NCBI GenBank assembly: GCA_035996875.1
Contig: DASYJD010000043.1
Coordinates: 6,724-70,723, forward strand
Direction: 5' to 3'
DNA length: 64,000 nucleotides
Source of the DNA: Thermoanaerobaculia bacterium
GTDB taxonomy: Bacteria; Acidobacteriota; Thermoanaerobaculia; Multivoradales; UBA5704
This document shows, one piece after another, positions 34,445 through 44,799 of the stretch (positions within the stretch are counted from its first letter, which is position 1; each line of letters begins with the position of its first letter). The notes beneath the pieces were generated by a model. The model did not search any database and was not told the origin of the DNA. It saw nothing but the letters and a program-made list of their open reading frames with translations. The position numbers and the translations under genes were made by a program.

Positions 34445-35344
34445 CTACTTCCCCGCCAGGAACGCCTTCAGCACATGCCGGGCGACTTCGGGGTTCTCGC
34501 GCAGCCTCCGCATGGAGTATGGATACCAATCCCTCCCATAGGGGACGTAGACGCGCAGGCGGTGGCCGGCGGCGAGGAGGATGCGGCGCAGCTCGTCGTC
34601 CACCCCGAGCAGCATCTGGAACTCGTAGCGGTCACGGGGCACACTGTGCTTGTCGAGGAGGGCCGTGGCCTCACAAGCCAGATATTCGTCGTGGGTCGCG
34701 ATGCCCACGTAGACGCCACGCAGGATGAGCTTCTCCAGGGCGCTGACGTAGTTGGCCCGCACGGTCTCGTAACCCTTCCAGGCCACCTTGCGCGACTCGA
34801 TGTAGATCCCCTTGCAGAGGCGCACGGAGGCGCCTTCGGCGGGCAGGTCGTCGATGTCCTTCAGGGTGCGGCGCATGTAGGCCTGGAGGACGCAGCCGAC
34901 GTTGCCGTGGCGGGCCTGGAGGTCGCGGTAGATGCGCAGCGTGGCATCCGTCGTCGATTGGTCCTCCATGTCGATACGCACGGAGTTGCCCTGCGCCTTC
35001 GCCGTCTCGGCGATGCGGCCGATGTTGTCGCGGCAGAAACCCTCGTCGATCTTCAGCCCCAGGAGGGTCGGCTTGATGGAGACGTTGGCGTTCAGCTTCT
35101 CCCGTTCGATCGCCGCGAAGGCCCGGAGGTTCTCCTCGGTGGCGGCGAGGGCTTTCTCGCGCTCGCTGACCTCCTCGCCGAGGACGTCGACGGTCGCCAT
35201 GGCGCCTTCCTGATTGAGGCCGCGGATGATGCGGACGGCATCTTCGAGAGTCTCGCCCGCGACGTAGCGGGAGGCCACCCGGCGGACGACGGGTTTGGGC
35301 ACCAGAGGCAGGGTGGTGACCAGCAAGCGGTTGAACACACTCAT
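34445..35344 (-). CDS. Proline dehydrogenase (monofunctional PRODH)
   Basis: 299 aa. ...VRLCKGIYIE...YETVRANYVSALEKL...RLRENPEVARHVLKAFLAGK. Confidence 0.85.
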   Translation of the reverse strand: MSVFNRLLVTTLPLVPKPVVRRVASRYVAGETLEDAVRIIRGLNQEGAMATVDVLGEEVSEREKALAATEENLRAFAAIEREKLNANVSIKPTLLGLKIDEGFCRDNIGRIAETAKAQGNSVRIDMEDQSTTDATLRIYRDLQARHGNVGCVLQAYMRRTLKDIDDLPAEGASVRLCKGIYIESRKVAWKGYETVRANYVSALEKLILRGVYVGIATHDEYLACEATALLDKHSVPRDRYEFQMLLGVDDELRRILLAAGHRLRVYVPYGRDWYPYSMRRLRENPEVARHVLKAFLAGK

Positions 35345-35394
35345 CTCGCCCCTCTCCTCGGGTGCTCTTTAAGCGGATCTCGGGATTGTTGAGC

Positions 35395-36768
35395 TCAAGC
35401 GACGGGCTGACTGACCGAAGGCTGCGGCGCGGCCTTCACGGCCACCGCGGTTCCCGAGCCGATCACTGCCGGTTCGTCGGTCATCCAGCGCACCGACTTG
35501 GAGCACGGGCAGGCCCCGGCGACGCGGCGCAGGGCCGGCATCCGCCCAGCCGCCTGCTCGGGCGTCATCCGCCCTGCCTGGACCTCGATCAACGACTCTA
35601 CCGTCTCTTTGTAGTCGCGGCTGGCGAGGTAGGACTCGGGCAGGGTGCGAACCAGGTGCTGAAGGTACGTGGGAACGCTGGTGAAGGTCTCGCCCTGGGA
35701 GCCCACCATGCGGAAAGCGGGAACGCCCCGGCGGCGGAAGAAGTCCATGTGCGGCATATGGAGAAGATCCTCGCGGCGGACTCCCTCGACGGTCTCGCCG
35801 GCCAGAATGCGGTCGAGCGCATCCTCGGAGCTTACGTGGGTGAGGTTCTCGATGCGGGCTCGCAGGTAGCGGAGGTTGAGGTCGCGCACCAGCTTCTCCA
35901 CTTCCTGGTAATACTGCGCCTGAGCCTCGGAGTTCTTCATGGGCTTGAGGCCCAAGCGGACGTTCGTGCCGCCGCCGCGCTCGTCGCCGAACATCTCGAG
36001 GCCGCGCGGCAACCACTTGTTGATCGCCTTCTGCAGCACGTCCACGGTGACGAAGGTCTCGCCTCGGGCGGCGGAGGTGACCCAGCGCCGCATGGGCACC
36101 ACGCCCGCGGCCAAGTGGAATGCCTCCTCACGCAGCATCTGGGGCATGCTCTCCGCCATCGGCTGGTAGGCCGAGATCTTCTGCATGGCGAGCTGGTACT
36201 TGCCGACGCGGTCGATCAGGGCGCAGAAGACGACGTTGTCGACGAAGGAATCGAAGTCGATGTTGAAGGCGCCCAGGAGGTGAGAGCCGGTTGTCATCGA
36301 CAGCACGTCTTCGATCAGGTCGGAGGCGGATTCCTTGGAGACCGAGCTCCAGTCGTCCTCGACCAGCAGGTGGAGCATCTGATAGCCGTGGCGCAACTCC
36401 TCGGCCATCATGCGGAGGATCCAGAACTGCTCCTCTTCCTCCTGGGCACGGGCGAGCGTGAGGCGGTGCTGCTGGATGGAGCCGAACTCGGTGGAGGCCT
36501 GGGCGCGGATGGCGCCGAAGAGGTGATGCGCCTGCTCCGGAAGCATCTCGCCGGCCTTCTGGAACTTCGGCTTGCCCTTCATGTCGCCGCACTCGATCTC
36601 GGTGCACATGCCCATCTCGCGGAAGGCGCAGAGCTGGAACTCGGGATCGTTGGGAAAGTGCTTGTCCCAGTTCTCCATCAGGAAGCCGTAGTCGGGAAGG
36701 AAAACTTCCTGCCACTTCAGGACCGCTTCGTGAAATTGCTTCGGCAGGGTTGTGCTCTTCACGCTCAT
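35395..36768 (-). CDS. Ferritin-like di-iron carboxylate oxygenase, BoxB-like (benzoyl-CoA oxygenase component B family), orphan
   Basis: ~458 aa with two ExxH motifs (AEELRHGYQM; REEAFHLAAG). ATG at 36768 (MSVKSTTLPKQ). Confidence 0.45.
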   Translation of the reverse strand: MSVKSTTLPKQFHEAVLKWQEVFLPDYGFLMENWDKHFPNDPEFQLCAFREMGMCTEIECGDMKGKPKFQKAGEMLPEQAHHLFGAIRAQASTEFGSIQQHRLTLARAQEEEEQFWILRMMAEELRHGYQMLHLLVEDDWSSVSKESASDLIEDVLSMTTGSHLLGAFNIDFDSFVDNVVFCALIDRVGKYQLAMQKISAYQPMAESMPQMLREEAFHLAAGVVPMRRWVTSAARGETFVTVDVLQKAINKWLPRGLEMFGDERGGGTNVRLGLKPMKNSEAQAQYYQEVEKLVRDLNLRYLRARIENLTHVSSEDALDRILAGETVEGVRREDLLHMPHMDFFRRRGVPAFRMVGSQGETFTSVPTYLQHLVRTLPESYLASRDYKETVESLIEVQAGRMTPEQAAGRMPALRRVAGACPCSKSVRWMTDEPAVIGSGTAVAVKAAPQPSVSQPVA

Positions 36769-36804
36769 CCGGATCTCCCGCTCTCTCGCAAGTCGTATCA
36801 AGTT

Positions 36805-37263
36805 CTACAGGTTCTTGACGAACGGTCGCAGGCCCGCGGACTCGAAGCCCAGGGAGGAGAAGAAGCTGAGGATGTCCTCCCGCTCCTCGTCCACCAGGGT
36901 GCGCACCTTGTGGGCGCCGTGAGACCGGAAGTGCTCCAGCATGCCTTCCGCCATCCGCCGCCCCAGCGCCTTGCCCCGCTGGCCGGGGTCGACCCCCAGG
37001 ACTTCGATCCAACCCGTCGGTTCTTCCAGCCCGAACTCGCCGGAGCGAACCTCGCCGAGCATGAAGCCGGCGACCTTGCCATCGACCTCGGCGACCAAGG
37101 AGGCCTCGGGGGCCCGCCGTAGGTAATAACTGATTCGGCGCTCCCAAACTTCCGGCCGGTAGCGGCCGCTGATCGCCTCGTCGATGGCGACGATGGCGGT
37201 GATGTCCAACTCGTCGAGCGGACGGATGCGGATGCCGGCGGCGGTCTCGGTCATGGTTGTCAT
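36805..37263 (-). CDS. GNAT family N-acetyltransferase
   Basis: VLGVDPGQRGKALGRRM (acetyl-CoA binding motif). Confidence 0.8.
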   Translation of the reverse strand: MTTMTETAAGIRIRPLDELDITAIVAIDEAISGRYRPEVWERRISYYLRRAPEASLVAEVDGKVAGFMLGEVRSGEFGLEEPTGWIEVLGVDPGQRGKALGRRMAEGMLEHFRSHGAHKVRTLVDEEREDILSFFSSLGFESAGLRPFVKNL

Positions 37264-37366
37264 CAGTCAATCGTCCTGGAGTGGGAAAGGTTCCGCACCT
37301 TGTGCGGTCCGTCACAAGCGAGGATTCTAGCAGAAGGCAGCCCAAAATCGCCTATCCTCCGCGGGC

Positions 37367-38314
37367 ATGACCGAGCCCGTCTCCCGGACCGCCGCCGCCG
37401 CTACGCCAAAGCCGGCTCCGGCCTCGCGCGTCCACCTGACGCTGCTGCTCGTGCAGCTCTCGTTCGGCGGCTTCCACGTGGTGGCCAAGGCGCTGCTCAG
37501 CCACCTGTCGCCCTTGGCGATGGCGGCGATCCGGGTGGGCTTCGCGACGCCCATCCTGCTGGCGCTCGCCTGGCATCGGGACCGCGTCCTGCCTGGACGG
37601 CGGGACCTGCCGGTCCTTGCCCTGCTCGGTGGGTTAGGAGTCTTCGCCAATCAGGTGCTGTTCATCACTGGCCTCAAGCACACGACGGCGACCAATGCCG
37701 CCATCCTCATGCTCTCAGTACCGGTGTTCGCGACGGCCGCCGCCGCGGCTCTGGGGATCGAGCGGGTGAGCGCCGGGCGGCTGCTGGGGATCGCCCTGTC
37801 GATCGCCGGCGCCCTGGTGCTGGTCAATCCGCTCCACTTTTCCACCGATCCGCAAGCGGCCCAGGGCAACCTGCTGATCCTTGGCAACGGCCTATGCTAC
37901 GCCCTGTTCCTGGTGCTCCAGAGGCCGGTGCTGACCCGCCTGCCGTGGCGGACGGTGATCGCCTGGTCGTTCCTCTTCGGCAGCCTCGGCGTGCTGGCGG
38001 TGGCGGCGCCGGCCCTCGCCGCGTTGGAGCCGTCGCAGATCTCGGCCGCCACCTGGCTCGGCCTCCTCTACATCCTCGCCTTCCCCACCGTCTTCGCCTA
38101 CGCCGCAAGCACCTGGGCGATCCGCCGCTCCTCCCCCGCCCTCGTGGCCGCGTACACGACGCTCCAGCCGCTGGTGGCGGCGGCCCTGGCCGTGGCCTTC
38201 CTGGGTGAGCGCTTCGGCTGGGCGGAGGGGCTGGGATTCGCCCTCATCCTCGGCGGGCTATGGCTGGTGACGGTGGCGGCGCCGGCACCCGCGCGGGCAA
38301 TACCTCTACGTTAG
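37367..38314 (+). CDS. EamA/DMT family transporter
   Basis: Ten predicted TM helices with duplicated EamA domains. Confidence 0.8.
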   Translation: MTEPVSRTAAAATPKPAPASRVHLTLLLVQLSFGGFHVVAKALLSHLSPLAMAAIRVGFATPILLALAWHRDRVLPGRRDLPVLALLGGLGVFANQVLFITGLKHTTATNAAILMLSVPVFATAAAAALGIERVSAGRLLGIALSIAGALVLVNPLHFSTDPQAAQGNLLILGNGLCYALFLVLQRPVLTRLPWRTVIAWSFLFGSLGVLAVAAPALAALEPSQISAATWLGLLYILAFPTVFAYAASTWAIRRSSPALVAAYTTLQPLVAAALAVAFLGERFGWAEGLGFALILGGLWLVTVAAPAPARAIPLR

Positions 38315-39297
38315 GCCTCCACCGCCGGCTTCACGTGCTCGTGGGCGTGGTAGCTGCTGCGCACCAGGGGTCCGGCCTCGCAATGGACGAAGCCCAGAGA
38401 GAGGGCGAAGGCGCGGTGAGTCGCGAACTCGTCGGGGTGCACCCAGCGATCCACCGGCAGGTGCTTGGGGGTCGGCTGGAGATATTGGCCGAGGGTGAGG
38501 ATTTCGACCCCGGCGTTGCGTATATCGGTAAGGGTGGCTTCGATCTCGCCGGCGGTCTCGCCGAGGCCGAGCATGATTCCGGTCTTGATCCTTCCCTGAT
38601 AACCTCCCGCGGCTCCGGTGTCGCGCCGGCGGGAGGCCTCTGCGAGGAGACCCAGGCTGCGGTCGTAACGGCTGCCGGGCCGGGCCAGCCTATAGAGGCG
38701 GGGGACCGTCTCCATGTTGTGGGAGAACACCTCGGGACGCGCGGCGAGGACGACGTCGAGAGCCTCCGGCACGCCGCGGAAGTCGGGAGTCAGGACCTCG
38801 ACGGCCGTCCCGGGATTCTGCCGGTGAATGGCGGCGATGACCTGGGCAAAATGGTGGGCGCCGCCGTCCGGCAGGTCATCGCGGTCGACGGAGGTGATGA
38901 CGGCGTGGCGCAGACCCATGACGGCAACGGCTTCCGCCACGTGCTCGGGCTCCTCAGGGTCGGCGCCCGTCTGAGGCCGGCCGGAAGTGACGGCGCAGAA
39001 GCCGCAGCGGCGGGTGCAGATGTCGCCGAGGATCATAAAGGTTGCGGTGCCGTGCTCGCCCCAGCACTCGTAGATGTTGGGACAGCGGGCTTCTTGACAG
39101 ACGGTATGGAGGTTCAGCCGGTCGACCAGGCCGCGGACCCGATGATACGCGGCGGGCGTCGCCAGCCGGATGCGCAACCACTCCGGGCGCCCTTCGCGGC
39201 GGTCGGAAGGGGACGCAGCGGACTGCTGGCGGCCGATCTGGATCAGGGTTTCGCTCATAGGTTCGTAGTCTAACCGGTCCTGGGCGGAAGATGGCAT
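38311..39297 (-). CDS. lipA: Lipoyl synthase
   Basis: CPNIYECW and CTRRCGFCAV radical-SAM motifs. Confidence 0.85.
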   Translation of the reverse strand: MPSSAQDRLDYEPMSETLIQIGRQQSAASPSDRREGRPEWLRIRLATPAAYHRVRGLVDRLNLHTVCQEARCPNIYECWGEHGTATFMILGDICTRRCGFCAVTSGRPQTGADPEEPEHVAEAVAVMGLRHAVITSVDRDDLPDGGAHHFAQVIAAIHRQNPGTAVEVLTPDFRGVPEALDVVLAARPEVFSHNMETVPRLYRLARPGSRYDRSLGLLAEASRRRDTGAAGGYQGRIKTGIMLGLGETAGEIEATLTDIRNAGVEILTLGQYLQPTPKHLPVDRWVHPDEFATHRAFALSLGFVHCEAGPLVRSSYHAHEHVKPAVEA

Positions 39298-39392
39298 GGC
39301 ACGAAAGTCGCATAGGTACAAAGTCGTTGGATCGTCTCTAGGTCCAACCGCCGGAAAACAGGCTACTTACAGGTGCCTATGGGAGCACGGTA

Positions 39393-40628
39393 ATGAATTG
39401 GAAACGGACCTTCGCGACCCTTTCTCTCGGCGCCGCCACCCTGACGGGCGCGGCGGCCGGTGGAGTCCTCAGCGGAAATTGTCGCGTCGGCAATCAGCCG
39501 GCCGCCACGTTCCTCATTCCTTACTTCGAGGTGGACCTGAGCCAGCCCGGAGGCGCCAACACCCTCTTCTCGGTGAACAACGCCTCGGCCAAGCCGGAGA
39601 TCGCCCGTGTGGTGCTGTGGACCGACTGGGGCGTGCCGACGCTCGCCTTCGACGTCTACCTCACCGGCTACGATGTGCAGACCCTCAACGTCCGCGACCT
39701 CTTTGCCGGCAAGGTGCCGACGACCGGGCCGAGCTTGAGCCCCGTCGGGCTGGCGTCGAGCCCCGACTTGACCTCCGGTTGCGGCGGCAACGCCAGCGAC
39801 GGAGTCGACGGTCAATCGGCGCCGGCTCCGAGCGTCGACGTCGCCTTCCTCAAGGCCGCGCACTCCGGCCGAACGATCGTCAAGGAAACGCCGGCAAAAT
39901 GCATGGGCAGCCCCAGCGCGGACGTCAATATGGTGACGGGCTATATCACCGTGGATGCGGTGAACCGCTGCACACCGCGGTCGGTGGGCACTTCGGTCAA
40001 CACTCCGGCTCACCCGCTCTACTTCGCGGCCCACGGTACCGGCCTCGCGAGCGACGCCAACGTGCTCTGGGGCGACTACTACTACGTCAACTCGGACCGC
40101 AACCTGGCGAGCAGCCAGACGGCGGTCGCAATCGTCGCCGATCCGGACTTCTTCCACTCCGGTGACTACACCTTCTATGGCCGCTACGTCGGCTTCGACT
40201 CGCGCGACGACAGGATTCCCCTCTCCAGCCTCTATTACGTCCGCTACGCGAACGGCGGCACCTTCGATGGCGGTACGGACCTCGTGGTCTGGCGGGACAA
40301 TCGCCAAGCGGACGTGAACCCGCTCGACTGCGGCGCCCAGCCCTCCTGGGCACCGCTCGGCGAGCAGCAACTGGTGGCCTTCGACGAGGACGAAAATCCT
40401 CTGGGGATCGACAACAGCAATGCCTTCCCCCTTGCGACCCAGAAGGTCCACGTGGGCGGCCCGAGTCTCCCCGTCTCTCAGCCCTTCGGCTTCCTGGCGC
40501 TCGATCTCTGGCACCATAACGGTACCCACGCCCAAGGCTGGGTGACCGCGATGATGACTTCCGACGGGCGCTTCGGCACCGGGCACGAGGCCGTGCGGGT
40601 GGACGACATGTGCAACTTCGGGCAGTAG
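39393..40628 (+). CDS. Secreted hypothetical protein (signal peptide; Gly/Asp-rich)
   Basis: MNWKRTFATLSLGAATLTGAAAG signal peptide. No recognisable catalytic motifs. Confidence 0.5.
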   Translation: MNWKRTFATLSLGAATLTGAAAGGVLSGNCRVGNQPAATFLIPYFEVDLSQPGGANTLFSVNNASAKPEIARVVLWTDWGVPTLAFDVYLTGYDVQTLNVRDLFAGKVPTTGPSLSPVGLASSPDLTSGCGGNASDGVDGQSAPAPSVDVAFLKAAHSGRTIVKETPAKCMGSPSADVNMVTGYITVDAVNRCTPRSVGTSVNTPAHPLYFAAHGTGLASDANVLWGDYYYVNSDRNLASSQTAVAIVADPDFFHSGDYTFYGRYVGFDSRDDRIPLSSLYYVRYANGGTFDGGTDLVVWRDNRQADVNPLDCGAQPSWAPLGEQQLVAFDEDENPLGIDNSNAFPLATQKVHVGGPSLPVSQPFGFLALDLWHHNGTHAQGWVTAMMTSDGRFGTGHEAVRVDDMCNFGQ

Positions 40629-40718
40629 GACGCGGCTCCGAACCATCAAGCCTCCCTCCTTGTCTCTGGCAAGGAGGGAGCTTTCATCTACCGGGGTACC
40701 TGTGGCATCCTGCGATGT

Positions 40719-41017
40719 ATGGCCGTGATGTTCAGGTTTCCCGAAGAAAAGATTGCAGATCTATGTAAGCGCCATGGTATTCAGGAGTTGGCGCTCTTCG
40801 GCTCGGCCCTCACTGACAAATTTGGACGCCAGAGTGATGTCGACCTCCTGGTCACCTTCAGACCGGACACGCGTGTCGGTTTCCTGACTCTGGCGAGAGC
40901 CAGCACGAGCTTGAGGATCTACTCGGGCGCGCCGTGGACCTGGTGCCGAAAAAGGGGTTGAAACCAGCGATTCGCGACTCTGTGCTGGCGAGCGCCAGGG
41001 TTCTCTATGCGGCCTGA
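40719..41017 (+). pseudogene. MNT-type nucleotidyltransferase antitoxin (HepT/MNT TA family), frameshifted
   Basis: GS...SDVDLLVTFRPDTRVGFLTLARA then frame +2 continues ...ELEDLLGRAVDLVPKKGLKPAIRDSVLASARVLYAA*, the canonical MNT C-terminus. Frameshift near 40895-40905. Confidence 0.6.
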
Positions 41018-41105
41018 GCGGCTCTATCTGCTGGACATCCTCGAAGCTGCGCCCAGGTCAAGGCCATCGTGGCCCGGGAATTTCCCGGCGAAAAATCCTG
41101 ATTCG
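41007..41105 (+). pseudogene. HepT-like toxin remnant (N-terminal ~30 codons only)
   Basis: MRPERLYLLDILEAA... overlapping the MNT stop, then immediately truncated by nadC. Confidence 0.3.
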
Positions 41106-41112
41106 GGACAGG

Positions 41113-41982
41113 TCAGCCGTCGACATCCAGCGCCACGTCCAGCGACGGCGCGCTGTGGGTGAGCCAGCCCATGGAGAGCAGATCGACCCCCGTGGCCGCG
41201 ATGGCGGCGGCGGTCTCGGGGGTGATGCCGCCAGAAGCTTCGGTGAGGGCGCGGCCACGGGCGAGCGCCACGGCCTGCTCTAGGATCTCGACCGACATGT
41301 TGTCGAGGAGCACCACGTCCACCCCGAGGTCCAGGGCCTCGCGCAGCATCTCCAGGGAGTCCACCTCCACCTCGATCTTCACCAGATGACCCACCGCACC
41401 CCGGGCGCGTTCGACCGCGATGCGCAGGCCGCCCGCGAGGGCGATGTGGTTGTCCTTGATCAGCACGGCGTCGTCCAACCCGAAGCGGTGATTGTGGCCT
41501 CCGCCGCAGCGCACGGCATATTTTTCCAAAGCGCGCAGGCCTGGCGTGGTCTTCCGGGTGCAGACGACGCGGGCGCGGTGCGGCTCCACCCGGCGTACCA
41601 TCTCCCGCGTCGCCGTGGCGATGCCGCACAGCCGACCCAGAAGGTTGAGGGCCGTGCGCTCAGCGGAAAGCAACGTGCGGGCCGCGCCCCTCACGATAGC
41701 CAGGACGGCGCCCGCCGCCACGTCCTCGCCATCGGCGGCTCGGGTTTCGATCTCCATCTGGGGATCGAGGACGCGGAAGGCGGAAAGGGCCATGGGCAGC
41801 CCCGCCAGACGGCCTTCGGCGCGGGCCATGATCCGCCCCTCGCCTTTCAGATCGGGTGGCAGGATGGCATCGCTGGTCAGGTCGCCGGCCCGGCCGAGAT
41901 CCTCTTCGAGCGCCCTGCGGATCAGGGGCTCGTAGAGGATCGGGTACAAGGGTGCTGGAGGATGAACGGGACCGCCGCTCAC
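41113..41982 (-). CDS. nadC: Nicotinate-nucleotide pyrophosphorylase (quinolinate phosphoribosyltransferase)
   Basis: ...VVLLDNMSVE...GGITPETAAA. Confidence 0.85.
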   Translation of the reverse strand: MSGGPVHPPAPLYPILYEPLIRRALEEDLGRAGDLTSDAILPPDLKGEGRIMARAEGRLAGLPMALSAFRVLDPQMEIETRAADGEDVAAGAVLAIVRGAARTLLSAERTALNLLGRLCGIATATREMVRRVEPHRARVVCTRKTTPGLRALEKYAVRCGGGHNHRFGLDDAVLIKDNHIALAGGLRIAVERARGAVGHLVKIEVEVDSLEMLREALDLGVDVVLLDNMSVEILEQAVALARGRALTEASGGITPETAAAIAATGVDLLSMGWLTHSAPSLDVALDVDG

Positions 41983-43646
41983 GAAGCGCGGCTCCCGGCG
42001 ACGGCGAGGACGGGCGGGATGCTTTCTATACTGGAGGTACCGCCAGGATTGCCGGCGGCGGCTTCGAATCTCGGAGAGCCGTCCGGCGCGGCGGTCAGGA
42101 ACTGGCGGCGCTTCCAGGCGGGATCCGGTACCGGGTAGTCGGAACGGTAATGGCCGCCCCGGCTTTCGCGGCGGGCCAGGGCCGCCGCCGCCACCAGCCG
42201 GCCGACGCCGAGGAGATTACGGGCCTCCCCCGCCGCATGACGATGGCGGGCGGCGAGACGGTCGAGTTCGGCCAGGGCGTCGTTGAGGCCCGCCTCGTCG
42301 CGCACCAGACCGACTTTCTCCCACATCAGCCGGCGGATGGCCGTCACCAGCTCGCCGTCTCCCGAGGCGAGAATGGCCGGCGCGGCGCCCGCGGTGCTGG
42401 CCCGGAGGCTCCGCGGCGTTCGGGCCTCGGGCAGGCCCGCCCGCAGGTCCTCGGCCACCCGGCCGCCGAACACCAGGGCCTCCAGCAGCGAGTTGCTCGC
42501 CAGACGGTTGGCGCCGTGGACGCCGGTGGACGTCACCTCGCCCGCCGCCCATAGGCCCGGCAGCGAAGTGCGCCCCTGCTCGTCGACCGCGATGCCGCCC
42601 ATGTGGTAGTGGGCCGCGGGCGACACGGGAATGGGCTGCGTCCGCGGGTCCAACCCGTGCTCCTGGCACAGCCGGAAGACGGTTGGGAAGTGCTCGGGGA
42701 ACTCCTTCCCCACCGCCACGCGCGAGTCCAGGAACACCTGGTGCCCGGCCCGCAGTTGGCGCCAGAGGGCCCGCGCCACGACATCGCGGGGCGCGAGTTC
42801 CGCGTCCGGGTGCTCCTCGGGCATGAAGCGACGGCCCGTCTCGTCGACGAGAGTCGCGCCCTCGCCGCGCAGAGCCTCGGTGAGGAGGGGCATGGGATCG
42901 GCGCCGACGGCCAGCGCCGTGGGATGGAACTGCACGAACTCGAGATCCACCAGCCGCGCCCCGGCCCGCGCCGCCATGGCCAAGCCGTCGCCCGTTGCCT
43001 CGGGCGGGTTGGTAGTGTGGAGGTAGAGATGGCCCAGGCCGCCGGTGGCCAGCACCACTGCCGGAGCTAGGTGCAGCACCCGCCGGCCCTCGGCATGGAC
43101 GGCGACGGCGCCGATCACCTGCGCCCCGTCCATCACTAGGTCGATCGCGAAGGCGCCGTCGATCATCCGCACCTCGGGAGCGCTGCGCACCGCCGCCACC
43201 AGGGTGCGCACGATCTCGGCCCCCGTGGCATCCCGCGCGTGCAGGATGCGCCGCCGGCTGTGGGCGGCCTCGCGGCCGAGAGACAGCGAGCCGGCGTCGT
43301 CGAGGTCAAAATGGGCGCCGAGGGCGAGGAGGGCCTTCACCCGCTGCGGTCCCTCGGCGGTGAGGATGTCCACGATGTGGGAGTCGTTCAGCCCGGCGCC
43401 GGCCGCCATCGTGTCCGCGGCGTGCAGGGCCGGGGCGTCGTCCCGTCCCACCGCGGCGGCGATGCCGCCCTGAGCCCAGGGGCTGGAGCCGCCCGAGCCG
43501 TGGCGCACCTTGGTGAGTACCGTCACCCGGAGCGGCGCACAGCCGAGGGCCGCCGTCAGGCCCGCCGTGCCGCTGCCGATCACCAGCACCTCGGACCGCG
43601 AGACTCCGTCGACTCCCCTCAGGGCTGAAGGAAACTGTGCGCTCAT
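41979..43646 (-). CDS. nadB: L-aspartate oxidase
   Basis: [19 protein letters not shown] motif. ATG at 43646 with SD GGGAGGG. ATGA overlap with the nadA stop. Confidence 0.85.
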   Translation of the reverse strand: MSAQFPSALRGVDGVSRSEVLVIGSGTAGLTAALGCAPLRVTVLTKVRHGSGGSSPWAQGGIAAAVGRDDAPALHAADTMAAGAGLNDSHIVDILTAEGPQRVKALLALGAHFDLDDAGSLSLGREAAHSRRRILHARDATGAEIVRTLVAAVRSAPEVRMIDGAFAIDLVMDGAQVIGAVAVHAEGRRVLHLAPAVVLATGGLGHLYLHTTNPPEATGDGLAMAARAGARLVDLEFVQFHPTALAVGADPMPLLTEALRGEGATLVDETGRRFMPEEHPDAELAPRDVVARALWRQLRAGHQVFLDSRVAVGKEFPEHFPTVFRLCQEHGLDPRTQPIPVSPAAHYHMGGIAVDEQGRTSLPGLWAAGEVTSTGVHGANRLASNSLLEALVFGGRVAEDLRAGLPEARTPRSLRASTAGAAPAILASGDGELVTAIRRLMWEKVGLVRDEAGLNDALAELDRLAARHRHAAGEARNLLGVGRLVAAAALARRESRGGHYRSDYPVPDPAWKRRQFLTAAPDGSPRFEAAAGNPGGTSSIESIPPVLAVAGSRAS

Positions 43647-44680
43647 TTTCCCTCCCTTCTCCCGACGGCCAGCATGCGCTCCACCGCCAGCCTCGCACGG
43701 CCGGCCATTTCGGGGTCGACTTCCACCTTGGTTTCCATCGTCTCCAGCGAGTGCAGGATCTTCGGCAGCGTAATCCGCTTCATGTGCGGGCAAAAATTAC
43801 ACGGTCGGACGAACTCGATGTCCGGATACTCGACGGCGACGTTGTCGCTCATCGAGCATTCGGTGACCATCACCACCCGCTTGGGCCGCTGATCGCCCAC
43901 CCAGCGCTGCATCGCAGCCGTGGAGCCCACAAAGTCCGCTTCGGCCAGCACGTCCGGCGGGCACTCGGGATGGGCGAGGATCTGGATGTCGCCGCCCTGC
44001 GCCTGGCGGTAGGCTCGCAGCTCAGCGCCGGTGAAGCGCTCGTGCACCTCGCAGTGCCCCTGCCAGAGGATGATCTGGACCGATGTCTGCGAGGCCACGT
44101 ACTTGCCCAGGTACTCGTCGGGCAGAAAGATCACCCGATCCACGCCCAGCGATTCCACCACCGCCACGGCGTTGGCCGAGGTGCAGCAGATGTCCGACTC
44201 GGCCTTCACCGCCGCCGAGGTGTTGACGTAGGTCACCACCGGCACACCGGGGTAGCGCTGCCGGAGCAGGCGGACGTCCTCGGCCGTGATCGAAGCGGCC
44301 AGCGAACAGCCGGCCAGAGGGTCGGGGATCAGCACCGTCTTCTCCGGCGAGAGGATCTTCGCCGTCTCGGCCATGAAGTGGACCCCCGCGAGCACGATCA
44401 CGCCGGCGTCCGTCTTCGCCCCCTGCTGCGCCAGGGCCAGCGAGTCGCCCACGAAATCGGCCACGCCGTGGAAGATCTCCGGCGTCTGGTAGTTGTGGGC
44501 CAGGATCACGGCGTTGCGCTGCTTCTTGAGCTCGTTGATGGCGGCGATATAGGGCGCGAACACCGGCCACTCCAGGTCCGGGATCACCGAGCGAACGCGC
44601 TGGTGGATGGCCTCCGTCGCGCGGGCCACCGCGGGCGTGTAGTCGAGCGAAGCGTCCGGCCGTGCAGCTTCGAGGTTCAT
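43643..44680 (-). CDS. nadA: Quinolinate synthase
   Basis: ...[13 protein letters not shown]... Confidence 0.9.
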   Translation of the reverse strand: MNLEAARPDASLDYTPAVARATEAIHQRVRSVIPDLEWPVFAPYIAAINELKKQRNAVILAHNYQTPEIFHGVADFVGDSLALAQQGAKTDAGVIVLAGVHFMAETAKILSPEKTVLIPDPLAGCSLAASITAEDVRLLRQRYPGVPVVTYVNTSAAVKAESDICCTSANAVAVVESLGVDRVIFLPDEYLGKYVASQTSVQIILWQGHCEVHERFTGAELRAYRQAQGGDIQILAHPECPPDVLAEADFVGSTAAMQRWVGDQRPKRVVMVTECSMSDNVAVEYPDIEFVRPCNFCPHMKRITLPKILHSLETMETKVEVDPEMAGRARLAVERMLAVGRREGK

Positions 44681-44750
44681 CGTCGATCTCCAATGCTCAT
44701 TCTGAGCATATGTGAGTTACAAAGAAAGGCCGGCACCGCCGGCCTGAGGC

Positions 44751-44770
44751 TTATACTAGACTTGAGTATA
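44751..44770. promoter_or_regulatory. Candidate NrtR operator: ttatact-N7-agtata palindrome between nrtR and nadA
   Basis: Near-perfect 20/21-bp palindrome. A second palindrome atgctca-ttc-tgagcat at 44693..44709 lies in the nadA 5' leader. Confidence 0.4.
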
Positions 44771-44799
44771 TCGATTTGTCAAGGGCTTGGGCGCCAGCC

